IMG/VR virus record: IMGVR_UViG_3300021962_000027
Reading direction: 5' to 3' (one strand)
Length of the DNA stretch: 64,000 nucleotides
From: a virus
Shown here: positions 29,377-40,600 of the stretch, piece by piece
Layout: each line of letters starts with the position of its first letter
Position numbering within the stretch: the first letter of the stretch is position 1
Position numbers and translations under genes: made by a program
Notes under the pieces: generated by a model
Databases searched by the model: none
Told to the model about the DNA's origin: nothing
The model's input: only the letters and a program-made list of their open reading frames with translations

Positions 29377-29865
29377 ATGGCTAACTTACTAATGAAAATG
29401 CCTGTTCCTTACGAACCAAAGAAAAAGAATAGGTTTATCTTGAGATTCCCAAGTTCACTAGGTATCAACGAATGGTTTGTGATTTCAACATCAAGACCTA
29501 AAGTAACAATAAATGAAGTTGAGATTCCTTTCTTGAATACATCAACGTATGTTGCTGGTAGATTCAACTGGGAGTCAATTGACGTTACGTTCAAAGATCC
29601 TATCGGACCTTCAGCTGCTCAAGCGTTAATGGAATGGGTTCGTCTACACGCTGAATCCGTAACAGGACGTATGGGTTATGCCGCTGGTTATAAAAAAGAT
29701 ATTGAATTGGAAATGTTAGATCCGACAGGTGTTGTTGTTGAGAAATGGATTCTTCAAGGAACCTTCTTAACCAATGTCGACTTTGGATCATTAGAATACA
29801 GTGATGACGAAATCGCAGATATCTCCGCTACATTAAGAATGGACCGTTGTATCTTGGTTTACTAA
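29377..29865 (+). CDS. tail tube protein (gp19-like)
   Basis: EPKKKNRF, RPK, YVAGRFNWESIDVTFKDPI, YKKDIELEMLDPTGVVVEKW.L.G. Confidence 0.93.
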   Translation: MANLLMKMPVPYEPKKKNRFILRFPSSLGINEWFVISTSRPKVTINEVEIPFLNTSTYVAGRFNWESIDVTFKDPIGPSAAQALMEWVRLHAESVTGRMGYAAGYKKDIELEMLDPTGVVVEKWILQGTFLTNVDFGSLEYSDDEIADISATLRMDRCILVY

Positions 29866-29885
29866 GAGAGATTGCACAAGATTAC

Positions 29886-29919
29886 AAGAGGGGACGCTAT
29901 GCGACCCCTTTTTTGTTTT
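29886..29919 (+). terminator. intrinsic terminator after the tube gene
   Basis: aagaggggacgc-tat-gcgacccctttttt. Confidence 0.75.
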
Positions 29920-30320
29920 TACCCGTTTAGTAATTTACTATGTTTCCCGACAAACGTATTAATCTTCTCTGTTAAAACTTTTGTTTCTAACATCTCATGC
30001 TCCCAAATCACTAACAAGGTGTATGAGGGATCGAATTTAACAAGTTTAACCTTGTACTGGTCATTCTTAAGATTTGCTCTCTGGAAGGCGTATTTGGGCT
30101 CTGGGTTATGTTTTTTACAGCAATGATAGAAACACCCATGAGTCTCAACTAAAATACTGTGATCATTTAACAAAAAATCAAACTCCCTTTTCCTAAAAAC
30201 AAAATGTTGTTCAAACTTAATATTCATTTCCCTCAATAATTCAGCGAACATAACCTCAAGGTTTGAGGTACCATTCATTTTTTTTAACATTTTCCTTGTT
30301 TTACCTTTCTTTTTTGCCAT
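29919..30320 (-). CDS. Vsr/DUF559-like PD-(D/E)xK endonuclease
   Basis: EFDF..., VETHGCFYHCC, ND..K, LLVIWEHE. Confidence 0.75.
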   Translation of the reverse strand: MAKKKGKTRKMLKKMNGTSNLEVMFAELLREMNIKFEQHFVFRKREFDFLLNDHSILVETHGCFYHCCKKHNPEPKYAFQRANLKNDQYKVKLVKFDPSYTLLVIWEHEMLETKVLTEKINTFVGKHSKLLNG

Positions 30321-30438
30321 ACATTCGTATTATTACTTAGATAAGTACCGTCAAATTACGGGTAAACAGTAAATTTTAAAAAAAATACCGTTTACACTAT
30401 TTAATAATATACTATAATTAATTAAAAAAGAAACGAAT

Positions 30439-31197
30439 ATGGATAATTCACAACAAGTTTACTTTGAACCAGCACATGACGTAATTAGTTTACCGTCTGG
30501 TGGAAGATTCTACAAGAATAAAAAAGATTCAGTTAAAGTTGCCTATATGACAGCTTCTGATGAAAACATCTTAACTTCACCAAACCTACTTCAAAGTGGT
30601 AAAGTTCTTGATGTGTTATTAGAAAAGAAAATTTTAGATAAAGATATCAAAGCTGGTCAATTATTACCAGGTGATAGAAACGCTATTATTTTCTTCTTAA
30701 GAGCAACAGGTTATGGCGAAATGTATCCTGTGGAGTTATCAGACCCTAAAACAGGTGAGAGATTTGTCACTGATATCGATATTAGCCAGTTACCAACAAA
30801 AGAAATTTCAATACAACCAGATGAAAACGGTGAGTGTTCTTTTGTTTTACCAAAATGTAAAAAAACCGTTAAATTCAAATACTTAACAGCTGAAGAGGAT
30901 GAGAAGTTAGTTAAAGAAGATTCTGTTAGAACTAAAAAACTCGGTTCAAACGCTATTAGCCAGATCATGACCCTTAGATTACAAAATCAAATTACAGAGG
31001 TTGATGGTATTACCGATAAAAATGCAATTATTCAATTTGTTGAATCAATGTCACCAATGGACTCTGCCGAATTTAGAAAACACTTATTCGACAACGAACC
31101 AGGTCTTGACTTAACGATTAATGTAGAAGCTCCTAGTGGGGAATTTTTTTTTGGTGAACTTCCTATTACAGCCAAATTTCTTTGGCCTTACGTCTGA
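30439..31197 (+). CDS. baseplate hub assembly/tail assembly chaperone (gp26-like)
   Basis: LPSGG.FY, MTASDENIL, GDRNAI..FLRATGYG..Y, FKYLT..ED, PGLDL, FLWP. Confidence 0.8.
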   Translation: MDNSQQVYFEPAHDVISLPSGGRFYKNKKDSVKVAYMTASDENILTSPNLLQSGKVLDVLLEKKILDKDIKAGQLLPGDRNAIIFFLRATGYGEMYPVELSDPKTGERFVTDIDISQLPTKEISIQPDENGECSFVLPKCKKTVKFKYLTAEEDEKLVKEDSVRTKKLGSNAISQIMTLRLQNQITEVDGITDKNAIIQFVESMSPMDSAEFRKHLFDNEPGLDLTINVEAPSGEFFFGELPITAKFLWPYV

Positions 31198-31384
31198 TTA
31201 TAGACAGCAAATGATGTATGAATCATACATCTTAGTAAAACATGCGAATTTTACTTATGCTGATGTAATTGGGATGCCAATCTTTGAAAGAAGAAAGTTT
31301 ATTGAGATATTGATGGAAGAGAATACTAAAATCAAAGAAGCTAGAGATAGAGAGATGCAAAAAGCTAAATCTAAAAGAGGATAA
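31177..31384 (+). CDS. gp51-like chaperone tail (possibly reached by +1 frameshift, or initiated at ATG 31211)
   Basis: FFGLTSDYRQQMMYESYILVKHANFTYADVIGMPIFERRKFI overlaps the end of the upstream chaperone in the +1 frame. Confidence 0.65.
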
Positions 31385-31387
31385 AAG

Positions 31388-31418
31388 AAACCCACTATAA
31401 AGGTGGGTTTTTTGTTTT
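31388..31418 (+). terminator. intrinsic terminator
   Basis: aaacccac-tataaag-gtgggttt plus a T-tract. Confidence 0.85.
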
Positions 31419-31445
31419 ACTAGATATTTATTAATAAAAACATTT

Positions 31446-32183
31446 ATGAAAAAATATGTTATAACAGAAGCGCAACTTAAAACCATTGTTGAGAAGTATG
31501 AACCAATACCTAAAGATGTGGTTAAATCAGCACCAATGACATTTCAAAATTTTATAAAAGCTATTAAAATGGAGAAAGATGGTGGTCAGACGGACAAAAG
31601 TGATTTAAAAAGTTTTGTTAGTGCTAAGATGGCTGGTTCTAGAGCTGAAAAATACTTGGATAAAACCGATGACGCTTTAGCTAAGATAGTTGGTGATCAT
31701 GGTAGTATTAAGGGTTATAGTCTTGTTAATGACGACCCTGTTTTGGGTGATGCTGAGGATTTATCAATAATCGTGATATCGTTAGTTTATTACTTCTATA
31801 AAGAAGGTCAGTTACCTAACTTTAAAATTAAAGATGTTCGAATGGATCTTGATAGAAATTATAACATAATTAAAACTAAAGGTCTTAATGATTTTAAAAC
31901 ATTATTGAGATCTAGATTTGAATCAGACTGGATTGTATCTGAAATGCCTAATAACGAAAATGAAGCTTTGATAAGCACACCAACTGGATCTATTCAAGTA
32001 CATGCTAATATACTTGGTGGTATGGCTACTTTGGTTAAATTTAATTTCATGGATACCCCAACTTTAAATAAATTCTATAGTGATATAATCATGGATAAAG
32101 AAACCATGACCAAAATTAAAAAAGCTATTGGTAAGAATATTATACCAAAATTAAATAGCGGTAGTTTAGAATTTTCATTTTAA
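31446..32183 (+). CDS. hypothetical protein with an N-terminal MKKYVITEAQLKTIVE leader
   Basis: 245-aa ORF with a late promoter motif at 31425. Confidence 0.75.
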   Translation: MKKYVITEAQLKTIVEKYEPIPKDVVKSAPMTFQNFIKAIKMEKDGGQTDKSDLKSFVSAKMAGSRAEKYLDKTDDALAKIVGDHGSIKGYSLVNDDPVLGDAEDLSIIVISLVYYFYKEGQLPNFKIKDVRMDLDRNYNIIKTKGLNDFKTLLRSRFESDWIVSEMPNNENEALISTPTGSIQVHANILGGMATLVKFNFMDTPTLNKFYSDIIMDKETMTKIKKAIGKNIIPKLNSGSLEFSF

Positions 32184-32186
32184 TAA

Positions 32187-34889
32187 ATGGCTCAAGGGGA
32201 TATAGCAGCAAAATTAGATAAAATGCTTAAGGAATTAGATTCTTTAAACAATGGTAATACTGTGTCCCAAAAACTTAGAGAAAATGCGATTCAACAAATT
32301 ATAGAATCACACGCAAAATCTATTGACGCTAAAAAAGAAGCTTACAAATATGATCTTAGACAAGATACGATATCATCGTATATTAAAAAAGTTTATAAAA
32401 GAAATAAGGATGTAATTAATGAAAGGATTAAGTTAGAAAAGGAACAAGAGAGGATAACTGAGTTAATAGAAAAATATAAGGAAGAAGAGATTGAAGCCGC
32501 ACAAAATGGTAAGACAGAATTAAGTAAATATATCCTTAAAAGAAGAACCCAGTTAGAAACCGAAAAGATTATCAACGAAGCGATGGAAGGTGCTTCAGAC
32601 ACAGCAGAAGCTGCCGCTAAAACAGGTAACCCGTATTTAGCCGCTATTATTGTAGTTGGTGGAGCTGTATTCACCGCAGTTAAAACATTAGCCACAGCCG
32701 CATTTAGTTTGTTTAAAATAGTTGGTGGTTTTGTTACGGATATGTTTGGATCTGATTTGGGTATCGGAGCTGTTTACGAAACTTTTCTTCGAATGCAAAA
32801 AATCACTGGTGATTTTTCAGCGGATGCTGGGTTAATCGCTTCTGAATCCGAAAACTTCCTGGGTAATATGCCTAGAATAATGAATGAAGTTCTAGATGTT
32901 GGTGGTACCATTGAACAAATTGGTGAGGTGATGGATAAATTAACTAATGTAACTGGTAAAAATAGAATGTTTACTGGTAAACAATTTAAAAACATTATTG
33001 AGTTAGGTCTTGGTACTGGTTTAGGTGTAGAAGAGGGTTCAGAACTCATAGGAAACTTTGATAACTTAGGGTATTCATTAGATCAAACACTTGAATTAAC
33101 CGACTATGCCAGAAATAAGGCAATGAGAGTATCCCAAAACCAAACAGGGGTTCTTAAAAAAGTAAATGAATTAGTTATCTCATTAACTGGTTTCGGTATA
33201 TCTAGGGGTTTAAAGGGTCTTACTGATTTGGTGGTTAAAACCCAAAAATTAAGAATTGATGTTGTTAAAAGCGTTGATTCATTTAAAGATGCTTTTACTG
33301 ATCCAGAGACTGCTGTTGAAGTAGCAGCGACCGCCAAATTACTTGGTGGTAAATTTGCATCTTATTTCGGTGACCCTTTTACATTAATGGGTAAGAGTGT
33401 ACTTGAACCAGAGGAATTAACAGCTGATTTAATTGAAGCGCTAAAAGGTAAAGCTTTTAAAGGTAGAAACGGTTTTCAAATGTCACCAGCTGACCGTCAA
33501 ATAATTAAAGAGTTTGCTGAATCGATTAATCAAGATGCTGACGAATTAATGAATGGTGCTATTGAACAGGCTAAATTTACCGATAAAATAGACGCTTTAG
33601 ATAAAAAAGGTTTTTCAGCGACAATGAATAGTGAACAAAAGGATTTGATCACAAATTTAATGACATTAAATGAGGATGGTAGTTATAGTGTTAGATTATC
33701 AAACGGTGTTATTAAAAGACTTGAAGAAATACCAAGTATAAATGTAATAAATCAAACTTTGTTACAAAACAGAAGAAATGATGAATCAGCTTTGTTAAGA
33801 AAAACACTAGCCGAAAGAATTGGTATAGCCATTGATAGATTTAATATCGGTTTCTCACAAGTATTTGTTGTATTAAATAGGTATTTCACACAAAACGATA
33901 CGATGAATAATTTAGATAGTACCGTTGCTAGTGTTAGTAATGGGATGATTAATTGGTTAAACCAAAATATGTCCAATACTGGTTTATGGGGTGTATTCAT
34001 TAGAAAAGGTCTTAAAGCTGCTAATGAAATGATCGATAAAGTATTAGGTATATGGTTGAATCCAGATACAATCTTTACACAAAAATTCGGTGAAACGCTT
34101 AATTTTATATTTAAGGGTCTTAATGATATATTAGTACCTTACATACAATATTACGGTGGTAGAATAGTTGAATTACTGGGTAATGTGTTACCAGGTATTG
34201 GTGAAAAATTCCAAAAAATAGGGTTAGAGGTACAGAAAAACGCTTTAAATAACGCAGGTGAAAATTCTATTTTAAGTAAAAACAAAAAGAACTCATTAAC
34301 ACAAAGAATTAATACGTGGAATGAAAATAACGGGGGTGTGGATCTTAGTTCGCCAGCGATAAAAACTGGTGCTTATTTAACATCAAAATCTGCCGCAAAA
34401 ATACTAGGAAAAAGTATAGTTAAAAAAATACCTGGTATCGGGTTAGTACTTGGCGTTTTTGATGCAATTGGCCAAGTTGTTGAGGGTGATTGGGATCAAG
34501 CTGGGATAGCACTTGCATCTGGGGCTTTAACCACAATACCTGGTGTTGGTACAGCGGCATCAGTGGCTTTAGACCTAGGTAACGCATATATTGATAACCA
34601 AAGAGGTGATAACCATATATCAGTTCAAGACGCTGTTATTAGACCAGACGGTAGTTATTATGATGGTAATAAGGGTGATACAATCTCATATTTAAAATCT
34701 TTAATAGAAGGTAATATGAGTACAAACGCTAGTAAAAAAACATCAGTTAATTTAGTGTTAAAAGGTAAAATAACTAACATAAGTAGAAACACAAGATTAA
34801 CTGATAAAGAGCTTGATGCATCAATTTCTGAATCATCAAAAATGATATTAAAACAAGTAATAACTAATTTACAAACATCTGCTGTATAA
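32187..34889 (+). CDS. tape measure protein, copy 1
   Basis: Long helical, Ala/Gly-rich protein after the tube and chaperone genes, with hydrophobic IPGIG/IPGVG segments. Confidence 0.75.
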   Translation: MAQGDIAAKLDKMLKELDSLNNGNTVSQKLRENAIQQIIESHAKSIDAKKEAYKYDLRQDTISSYIKKVYKRNKDVINERIKLEKEQERITELIEKYKEEEIEAAQNGKTELSKYILKRRTQLETEKIINEAMEGASDTAEAAAKTGNPYLAAIIVVGGAVFTAVKTLATAAFSLFKIVGGFVTDMFGSDLGIGAVYETFLRMQKITGDFSADAGLIASESENFLGNMPRIMNEVLDVGGTIEQIGEVMDKLTNVTGKNRMFTGKQFKNIIELGLGTGLGVEEGSELIGNFDNLGYSLDQTLELTDYARNKAMRVSQNQTGVLKKVNELVISLTGFGISRGLKGLTDLVVKTQKLRIDVVKSVDSFKDAFTDPETAVEVAATAKLLGGKFASYFGDPFTLMGKSVLEPEELTADLIEALKGKAFKGRNGFQMSPADRQIIKEFAESINQDADELMNGAIEQAKFTDKIDALDKKGFSATMNSEQKDLITNLMTLNEDGSYSVRLSNGVIKRLEEIPSINVINQTLLQNRRNDESALLRKTLAERIGIAIDRFNIGFSQVFVVLNRYFTQNDTMNNLDSTVASVSNGMINWLNQNMSNTGLWGVFIRKGLKAANEMIDKVLGIWLNPDTIFTQKFGETLNFIFKGLNDILVPYIQYYGGRIVELLGNVLPGIGEKFQKIGLEVQKNALNNAGENSILSKNKKNSLTQRINTWNENNGGVDLSSPAIKTGAYLTSKSAAKILGKSIVKKIPGIGLVLGVFDAIGQVVEGDWDQAGIALASGALTTIPGVGTAASVALDLGNAYIDNQRGDNHISVQDAVIRPDGSYYDGNKGDTISYLKSLIEGNMSTNASKKTSVNLVLKGKITNISRNTRLTDKELDASISESSKMILKQVITNLQTSAV

Positions 34890-34941
34890 AAACAGTTTGT
34901 TTTGTATTTATAGTTAACTAATATATAGTAAATTTAAATAA

Positions 34942-37632
34942 ATGGCACAAGGAGATTTTTTCAGTAATTTAAAAAATGCGCAGCAAAGTTTGAGCGATGC
35001 TAGGGCTAACGGTTTGATCACCGCACAGCAGGAAGAAGATCATATGATGAAAATGATGTCATATTATGAAGCCATAAACGCAAAAAAAGCAGCTGGTAGG
35101 GAATGGGATTTAAAAAACCAAACAATACTACAAAATATATCTAGGTTTGGTAAACAAATGGTTGAAGATGCTAATAACTTAAAAGATGCTAAAAAGAATC
35201 TTAAGAAGACAACTGAAGAAATTAAAAAACTTGATGAAACCGCCAATAAATTAGAGCAGAGGGGTAATAAACTCGCTGCCGATATGATTAAAAAGAAAAA
35301 GGCTCAACTAGAACTTGAAAAAGAAATTGCTGAGGTAAACGTAGAAACAGCTAAAACCGCTAGTGGTAAAATGGGTAGTGCGATGGCTGGTATATCTGGT
35401 GTTGGTAAAACAATCGGTACACAATTTAGTGGTATAGGGAGTATATTTAGTGGTATTTTAAGTACGGCTTGGAATTTAGGTAAAGCTTTATTTGATATAA
35501 TTTTCCCTATTGAGAAAGCTTGGAAAATGTTTCTTGAAATGCAAAAAGTTGTTGGTGGGGTTGCCGCTGATATAGGTTTAACATATTCAGAATACAGAAA
35601 TTTAATGAATCAAATGCCAACCCTTTACAATGAAATAATAGGGTATGGTGGTAAGATTGAGGATATTGGTAAAATTATTAAGGGTTTTAGTGATGAAACT
35701 GGTAAAAATCGTTTATTTAGTAAAGAAGAAATAACAGATATAGTTAAACTTGGTTACAGCACTGGTTTAGGTGTTGAAGGTGTGACTAACATGGTTGCTG
35801 AATTTGACAATCTTGGTATATCACTAGGAACAACAATGAAAACCGCTGAAAAGGGGAGACAAGTTGCCGCCAAATTTAATATTAATCAAACAAAACTATT
35901 AAAAACGACAACTGATGTTGTTAAAAATTTAACTGGTACCGCTTTCGGTAGAAGTGTAGAGGATTTAACAAAATTAGCAGCTAAAGCTGAATCACTTAGA
36001 TTTAATTTAGCGGAATCAATTAGTTCTTTTAAAGATGCGTTCTTTAGCCCAGAAAAAGCCGTTGAAGCGGCAGCTAAAATACAAGTACTTGGTGGTGAAA
36101 TGGCGCAACAATTTGGTGACCCATTCTCATTAATGTACGATTCAATGAATAACGCTGACGGTATGGCCGAGAAATTAATCGACAGTGCTAAGAATCTTGC
36201 GGTTAAAAACAAAAACGGTGAATTTATTATTCCACCAGCACAAAGACAAATATTAAAAGAACAAGCTGAAGCGCTTAATCAAAATTATGAAACGATACAA
36301 AATGCTGCCATAGAACAAGCTAAAACAGCTGACAAACTTAACGCTTTAGCTAAATCTGGTAAAAACTTAATGGGTTTTGATGAAGATCAAAAACAACAAT
36401 TAAGTAATTTAATGACTCTTAACAAAGACGGTCAATATGAGATTAAAATGCCTAACGGTGTTAGTGAGTTGGTTAGTAATATCACAGGTGAGGATCAGTT
36501 GAAAAACATATTATCACAAAGAAAAGCTAGTGAAGATGCTGCACAGTCTAGATTAACGTTACAAGAAAGATTAAACATAGTTTTAGATAGGTTCGCCATT
36601 GGTTTAACACCGTTATTCACAAATTTAGCTAGATTTTTAGAGGATGAAGGTACTTTAAAAAAGATTGAGGATTTGGGTAAGGGTATTGCTGACGGTTTAA
36701 TACCTTTCATTAATGATTTATTTTCACCAGGTGGTTTTCTTGAAACTGGTATTAAAGATTTCTTATCTAAATTTAATACATTCATGGATCACATTAGAGA
36801 TATAATGAATGGTGAGGGTACCTTTTTTGGTAAAATAGGTAAAATATTTGGTGAAATAGCTAGTTTCGTAATGAAAGGTATTTTACCATATGTTGAATTT
36901 ACTTTTGGTCACATTTTAAAAACATTAGGTGACGCTTTAGATATAGATTTAATTAAAAATGCTGGTGAACAAATGATATCTGGTTCATTTGTTACTGATG
37001 GTAAAAGAAATGAGGCTTTAATAGCCATGGCTGGTGGTGAAAAAGCTGTTCAACAACAAATGGGTAGAGGTAATAGAGCTAGAGCCGAAAATAATGATAC
37101 TGGTGGTTTTACATACGGTGGTTATGCGGCAACGGGTGCCGCAGCTGGTGCAGCTATTGGTAGTATTATCCCTGGAGTTGGAACCGCTATTGGTGCTTTA
37201 GTTGGTGGCGCTGGGGGATTAATCACCGCTGGTTTACAAGATATCTTTGAAACTGACGATAACCCAAAACAGCAACATTATCAGTTACCCCCAGTTGAAA
37301 ATGTTAATGACGCTGTATTATATTCTGATGGTAGGGTTTTTAAAGGTGGTAAGGGTGATGCTGTTGCTTTCTTAGATGAAATGGCCTTTGGTCAAGCGTA
37401 TAAATCTGCAATGACTGGTGGTGGAACAAACACAACAGTTACAGTGAATGTCTCTGGTGTTATTGAACATGATTCACCTAGTGGTAAAAGATCGATAACA
37501 GCTAAACAATTATATGAATCAGATCCGCAAATGTTTGGGGAATTTATAAAAACTACCATGGCTAAGAATGATTATGGTAGTGGTAACTACATTGTTGATT
37601 TCGGTGTGGCGCCAATTAGTGATATAGGATAA
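34942..37632 (+). CDS. tape measure protein, copy 2 (paralog)
   Basis: Colinear similarity with copy 1 (TGKNR.F, GLGVE, SFKDAF..PE.AVE.AA, FGDPF.LM, NLMTLN.DG.Y). Confidence 0.75.
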   Translation: MAQGDFFSNLKNAQQSLSDARANGLITAQQEEDHMMKMMSYYEAINAKKAAGREWDLKNQTILQNISRFGKQMVEDANNLKDAKKNLKKTTEEIKKLDETANKLEQRGNKLAADMIKKKKAQLELEKEIAEVNVETAKTASGKMGSAMAGISGVGKTIGTQFSGIGSIFSGILSTAWNLGKALFDIIFPIEKAWKMFLEMQKVVGGVAADIGLTYSEYRNLMNQMPTLYNEIIGYGGKIEDIGKIIKGFSDETGKNRLFSKEEITDIVKLGYSTGLGVEGVTNMVAEFDNLGISLGTTMKTAEKGRQVAAKFNINQTKLLKTTTDVVKNLTGTAFGRSVEDLTKLAAKAESLRFNLAESISSFKDAFFSPEKAVEAAAKIQVLGGEMAQQFGDPFSLMYDSMNNADGMAEKLIDSAKNLAVKNKNGEFIIPPAQRQILKEQAEALNQNYETIQNAAIEQAKTADKLNALAKSGKNLMGFDEDQKQQLSNLMTLNKDGQYEIKMPNGVSELVSNITGEDQLKNILSQRKASEDAAQSRLTLQERLNIVLDRFAIGLTPLFTNLARFLEDEGTLKKIEDLGKGIADGLIPFINDLFSPGGFLETGIKDFLSKFNTFMDHIRDIMNGEGTFFGKIGKIFGEIASFVMKGILPYVEFTFGHILKTLGDALDIDLIKNAGEQMISGSFVTDGKRNEALIAMAGGEKAVQQQMGRGNRARAENNDTGGFTYGGYAATGAAAGAAIGSIIPGVGTAIGALVGGAGGLITAGLQDIFETDDNPKQQHYQLPPVENVNDAVLYSDGRVFKGGKGDAVAFLDEMAFGQAYKSAMTGGGTNTTVTVNVSGVIEHDSPSGKRSITAKQLYESDPQMFGEFIKTTMAKNDYGSGNYIVDFGVAPISDIG

Positions 37633-37663
37633 AAAAAAACAATTTAAATAATATTTATAAGAT

Positions 37664-40600
37664 ATGAGTCTTAATAGTATTTCAGGACAATTTAGAAACA
37701 CAGTTCTAAATTTAAACTTACAATCTCCACCTGATATTGTAACGGGTTTAGTTAATTTAACTAACTCAGTTACTGTTAGCGCCTATTTAGATTCTTTAGG
37801 TCAGGATGCTGTTGTAAATAATTTTTCGGTGCAAAATCCAGGTGATGTTGATACAGCTGGTAACCCCGCTAGATTAGCAAATCTTAACAGAACATTAAAT
37901 ACACCTACCGACATTACAACTGGTATAACTGATTTAACGGTAAACCAACAATATGTCGCTAGTTTTATTAGCGGTAGAGGATCCGTAACAACGATTAATG
38001 ATTATACTAACGTTAACCCAGGTGATGTATTAACAGAAGCGGTTAATCCAAGACTTTTAGATTTAAATAAAAACCTAAACACACCAACAGATATCACAGC
38101 TGGCGTCCAAGCTTTAACACCAAACGCTCAATTTGCTTCCCAATATTTATCTGGTAGGGGTTCATTTAGTGTTATTAACGATTTCAATGTTATAAACCCT
38201 GGTGATGTGTTAACAGATGCTGTTTCACCAAGGCTTTTAGATTTTAGTAGAAACTTAAATACACCAACAGATATCACGGCTGGTGTAAACGATCTAACAC
38301 CTAACGCAGCTTTAGCGGCTCAATATTTATCTGGTAGGGGTTCATTTAGTGTTATTAACGACTTTGTTGTTATTAACCCTGGTGATGTAATCAATGATGC
38401 GATTGCACCAAGAATACTAAACTTTGCTCAAACATTAAATACACCAACAGATATCACAGCTGGTGTTCAAGACCTAACCCCAAATTCAACATTGGCGGCA
38501 CAATACCTTTCTGGTAGAGGATCTTTCGCCCCAGTAAATACATCACCTAATATTAACCCTGGTGATGTTATTAATGATGCGGTAGCACCAAGAACATTAA
38601 ACTTTAATAGAACATTAAATACACCAACAGATATCACAGCTGGTTTAAATGATCTTAGTGGAGCGTATGCAGCTCAATATTTAGCTGGTAGAGGTTCTTT
38701 TAGTGTTATTAATGATTATATTAACATAAACCCTGGTAATGTTCAAACAGATGCGGTAGCACCAAGAACATTAAACTTTAATAGAACATTAAACACACCT
38801 ATTGATATCACCGCTGGTTTAAATGACCTTAGTGGGACATATGCGGCTCAATATTTAGCTGGTAGAGGATTAGATACAGTTATTAATGATTTTAATAATA
38901 TAAATCCTGGTAATGTAGTTGTTCAATCATTAGCACCAAGAACATTAAATTTAAATAGAAACTTAAATACACCAATCGATATAACGGCAGGTTTAACCAA
39001 TCTTAGTGGTTCATTTGCATCTCAATATTTAGCTGGTAGAGGATTAGATACTATTATTAATAACTTCCAGGTTTTAAACCCAGGGGATGTTATGACAGAA
39101 GGTTTAGCACCAAGAACGTTAAACTTATCAATGACATTAAATACACCTATTGATATCACATCTGGTATTAGTACGTTAACAGCAAACGCATCTTTAGCAG
39201 CTCAATATTTAGCTGGTAGAGGTACTAACGCAGCTATTAATACATCACCAAACATTAACCCAGGCGATGTTGTTACAATAGCTAACCCACAAAGAATTAG
39301 TTTATTTAATAGGAATATTATTAAAGACCCATTAAATGACGCAACAGATCAATTCACAATTGCAAATCCAGGTACTGTGGCTATTGGAGCCGATACCGTT
39401 ATTAATGATTTCACAGTTTTAAATCAATCTGAATTAGCACCATTTACACAGCAATGGATTAACTCTAATATCAGAAATAGATACCAAGCTGAATTAACTG
39501 AATTAGTTGATAAAACTGGGGATATTTTCCTAAATACTGACCCTAATACACCTCAAAACCCTTATTTAACCGAGGATAAGTTAAATAATGCCGATCCAAC
39601 ACAACTAGTGATGGGTGACTTCTTAAATTTACCAACAGCATCAACACCTTTAAGCGCTTTGCTTGGTGCGGATTTAAATGTGGCTAATTTACTAACAGAA
39701 CCAGGTGTTAAAAATGATACATTATTAGCACAAATTGGTGCTTTAGAATTGAAGTTCCATTTGGAAGCTAGAATTGCTGCTAAATTGGCACAGGAAGCCC
39801 TAGGATTAACTACTTTGGATGATATGGTAACTAACCCGCTTAAGTTAGCTGAAGCGATTAAAAACCCTAGTTCTATCATTGAGAGAGGTAATGCCGATAT
39901 TACAACATTTAAAGGTGGTTTGGGTAAGGTTGCCAGTTTTATATCCGATGTTAGTGGATTGGGTGGTTTAACATCAGCATTTTTTACCGATGATTCTATC
40001 GTTTTAAGACCAACTTGTTTTTCTGAATCAGAATATGGTACTTACGATATTGAGAAAAAAATAGAAGATAGGGATATTAATAGGATTGAGGAGACAGGTA
40101 GAGGACAAAGATTCTCACTTTTCCTTAATTTAGGTATTAATAAATATACACCAGATTTTGTTGTAAAATTAGGAAGGTCTGACAAAAAAATGTTAGAAAG
40201 CTCCGCTAAAACCCAAACTGGTGTTGAAGATGTAATGTTTAAAACATACATAAGTGGCGGTATTAACGGTACGTTTTATCTATTACAAGATATAAACGGA
40301 TTACAAGTTAAAGCAAATACTGAATTAACAAGAGCTATAACAAAGGGGCCAGCAAATCAAGAAAATTATTATTCAGAACCAGGTGTTGAAACTGTTTCAA
40401 AATATAGTTCAGTACAAACATCATTTGTGTGGAGAGGTTCAACAATGGAAACTTTCTTAGACCCAGTTAATAAACAAACATTGACAGACGATTGGGATGG
40501 TAGGATCAAGGATAATGATACGTTATCAAAAACTAAGACATTCCGTGACTGTTCTATTTTAGATGTTACACAAACTTTATTAGAAGCTGGTGTTGAAAAT

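Noticed and set aside
29872-30126. 84-aa plus-strand ORF after the tube gene
   Set aside because: It spans the terminator and lies antisense to the better-supported Vsr-like gene.
37715-39300. Repeat array as a CRISPR array or DGR template/variable repeats
   Set aside because: The units are in-frame coding repeats with synonymous divergence. There are no unique spacers, cas genes or reverse transcriptase.
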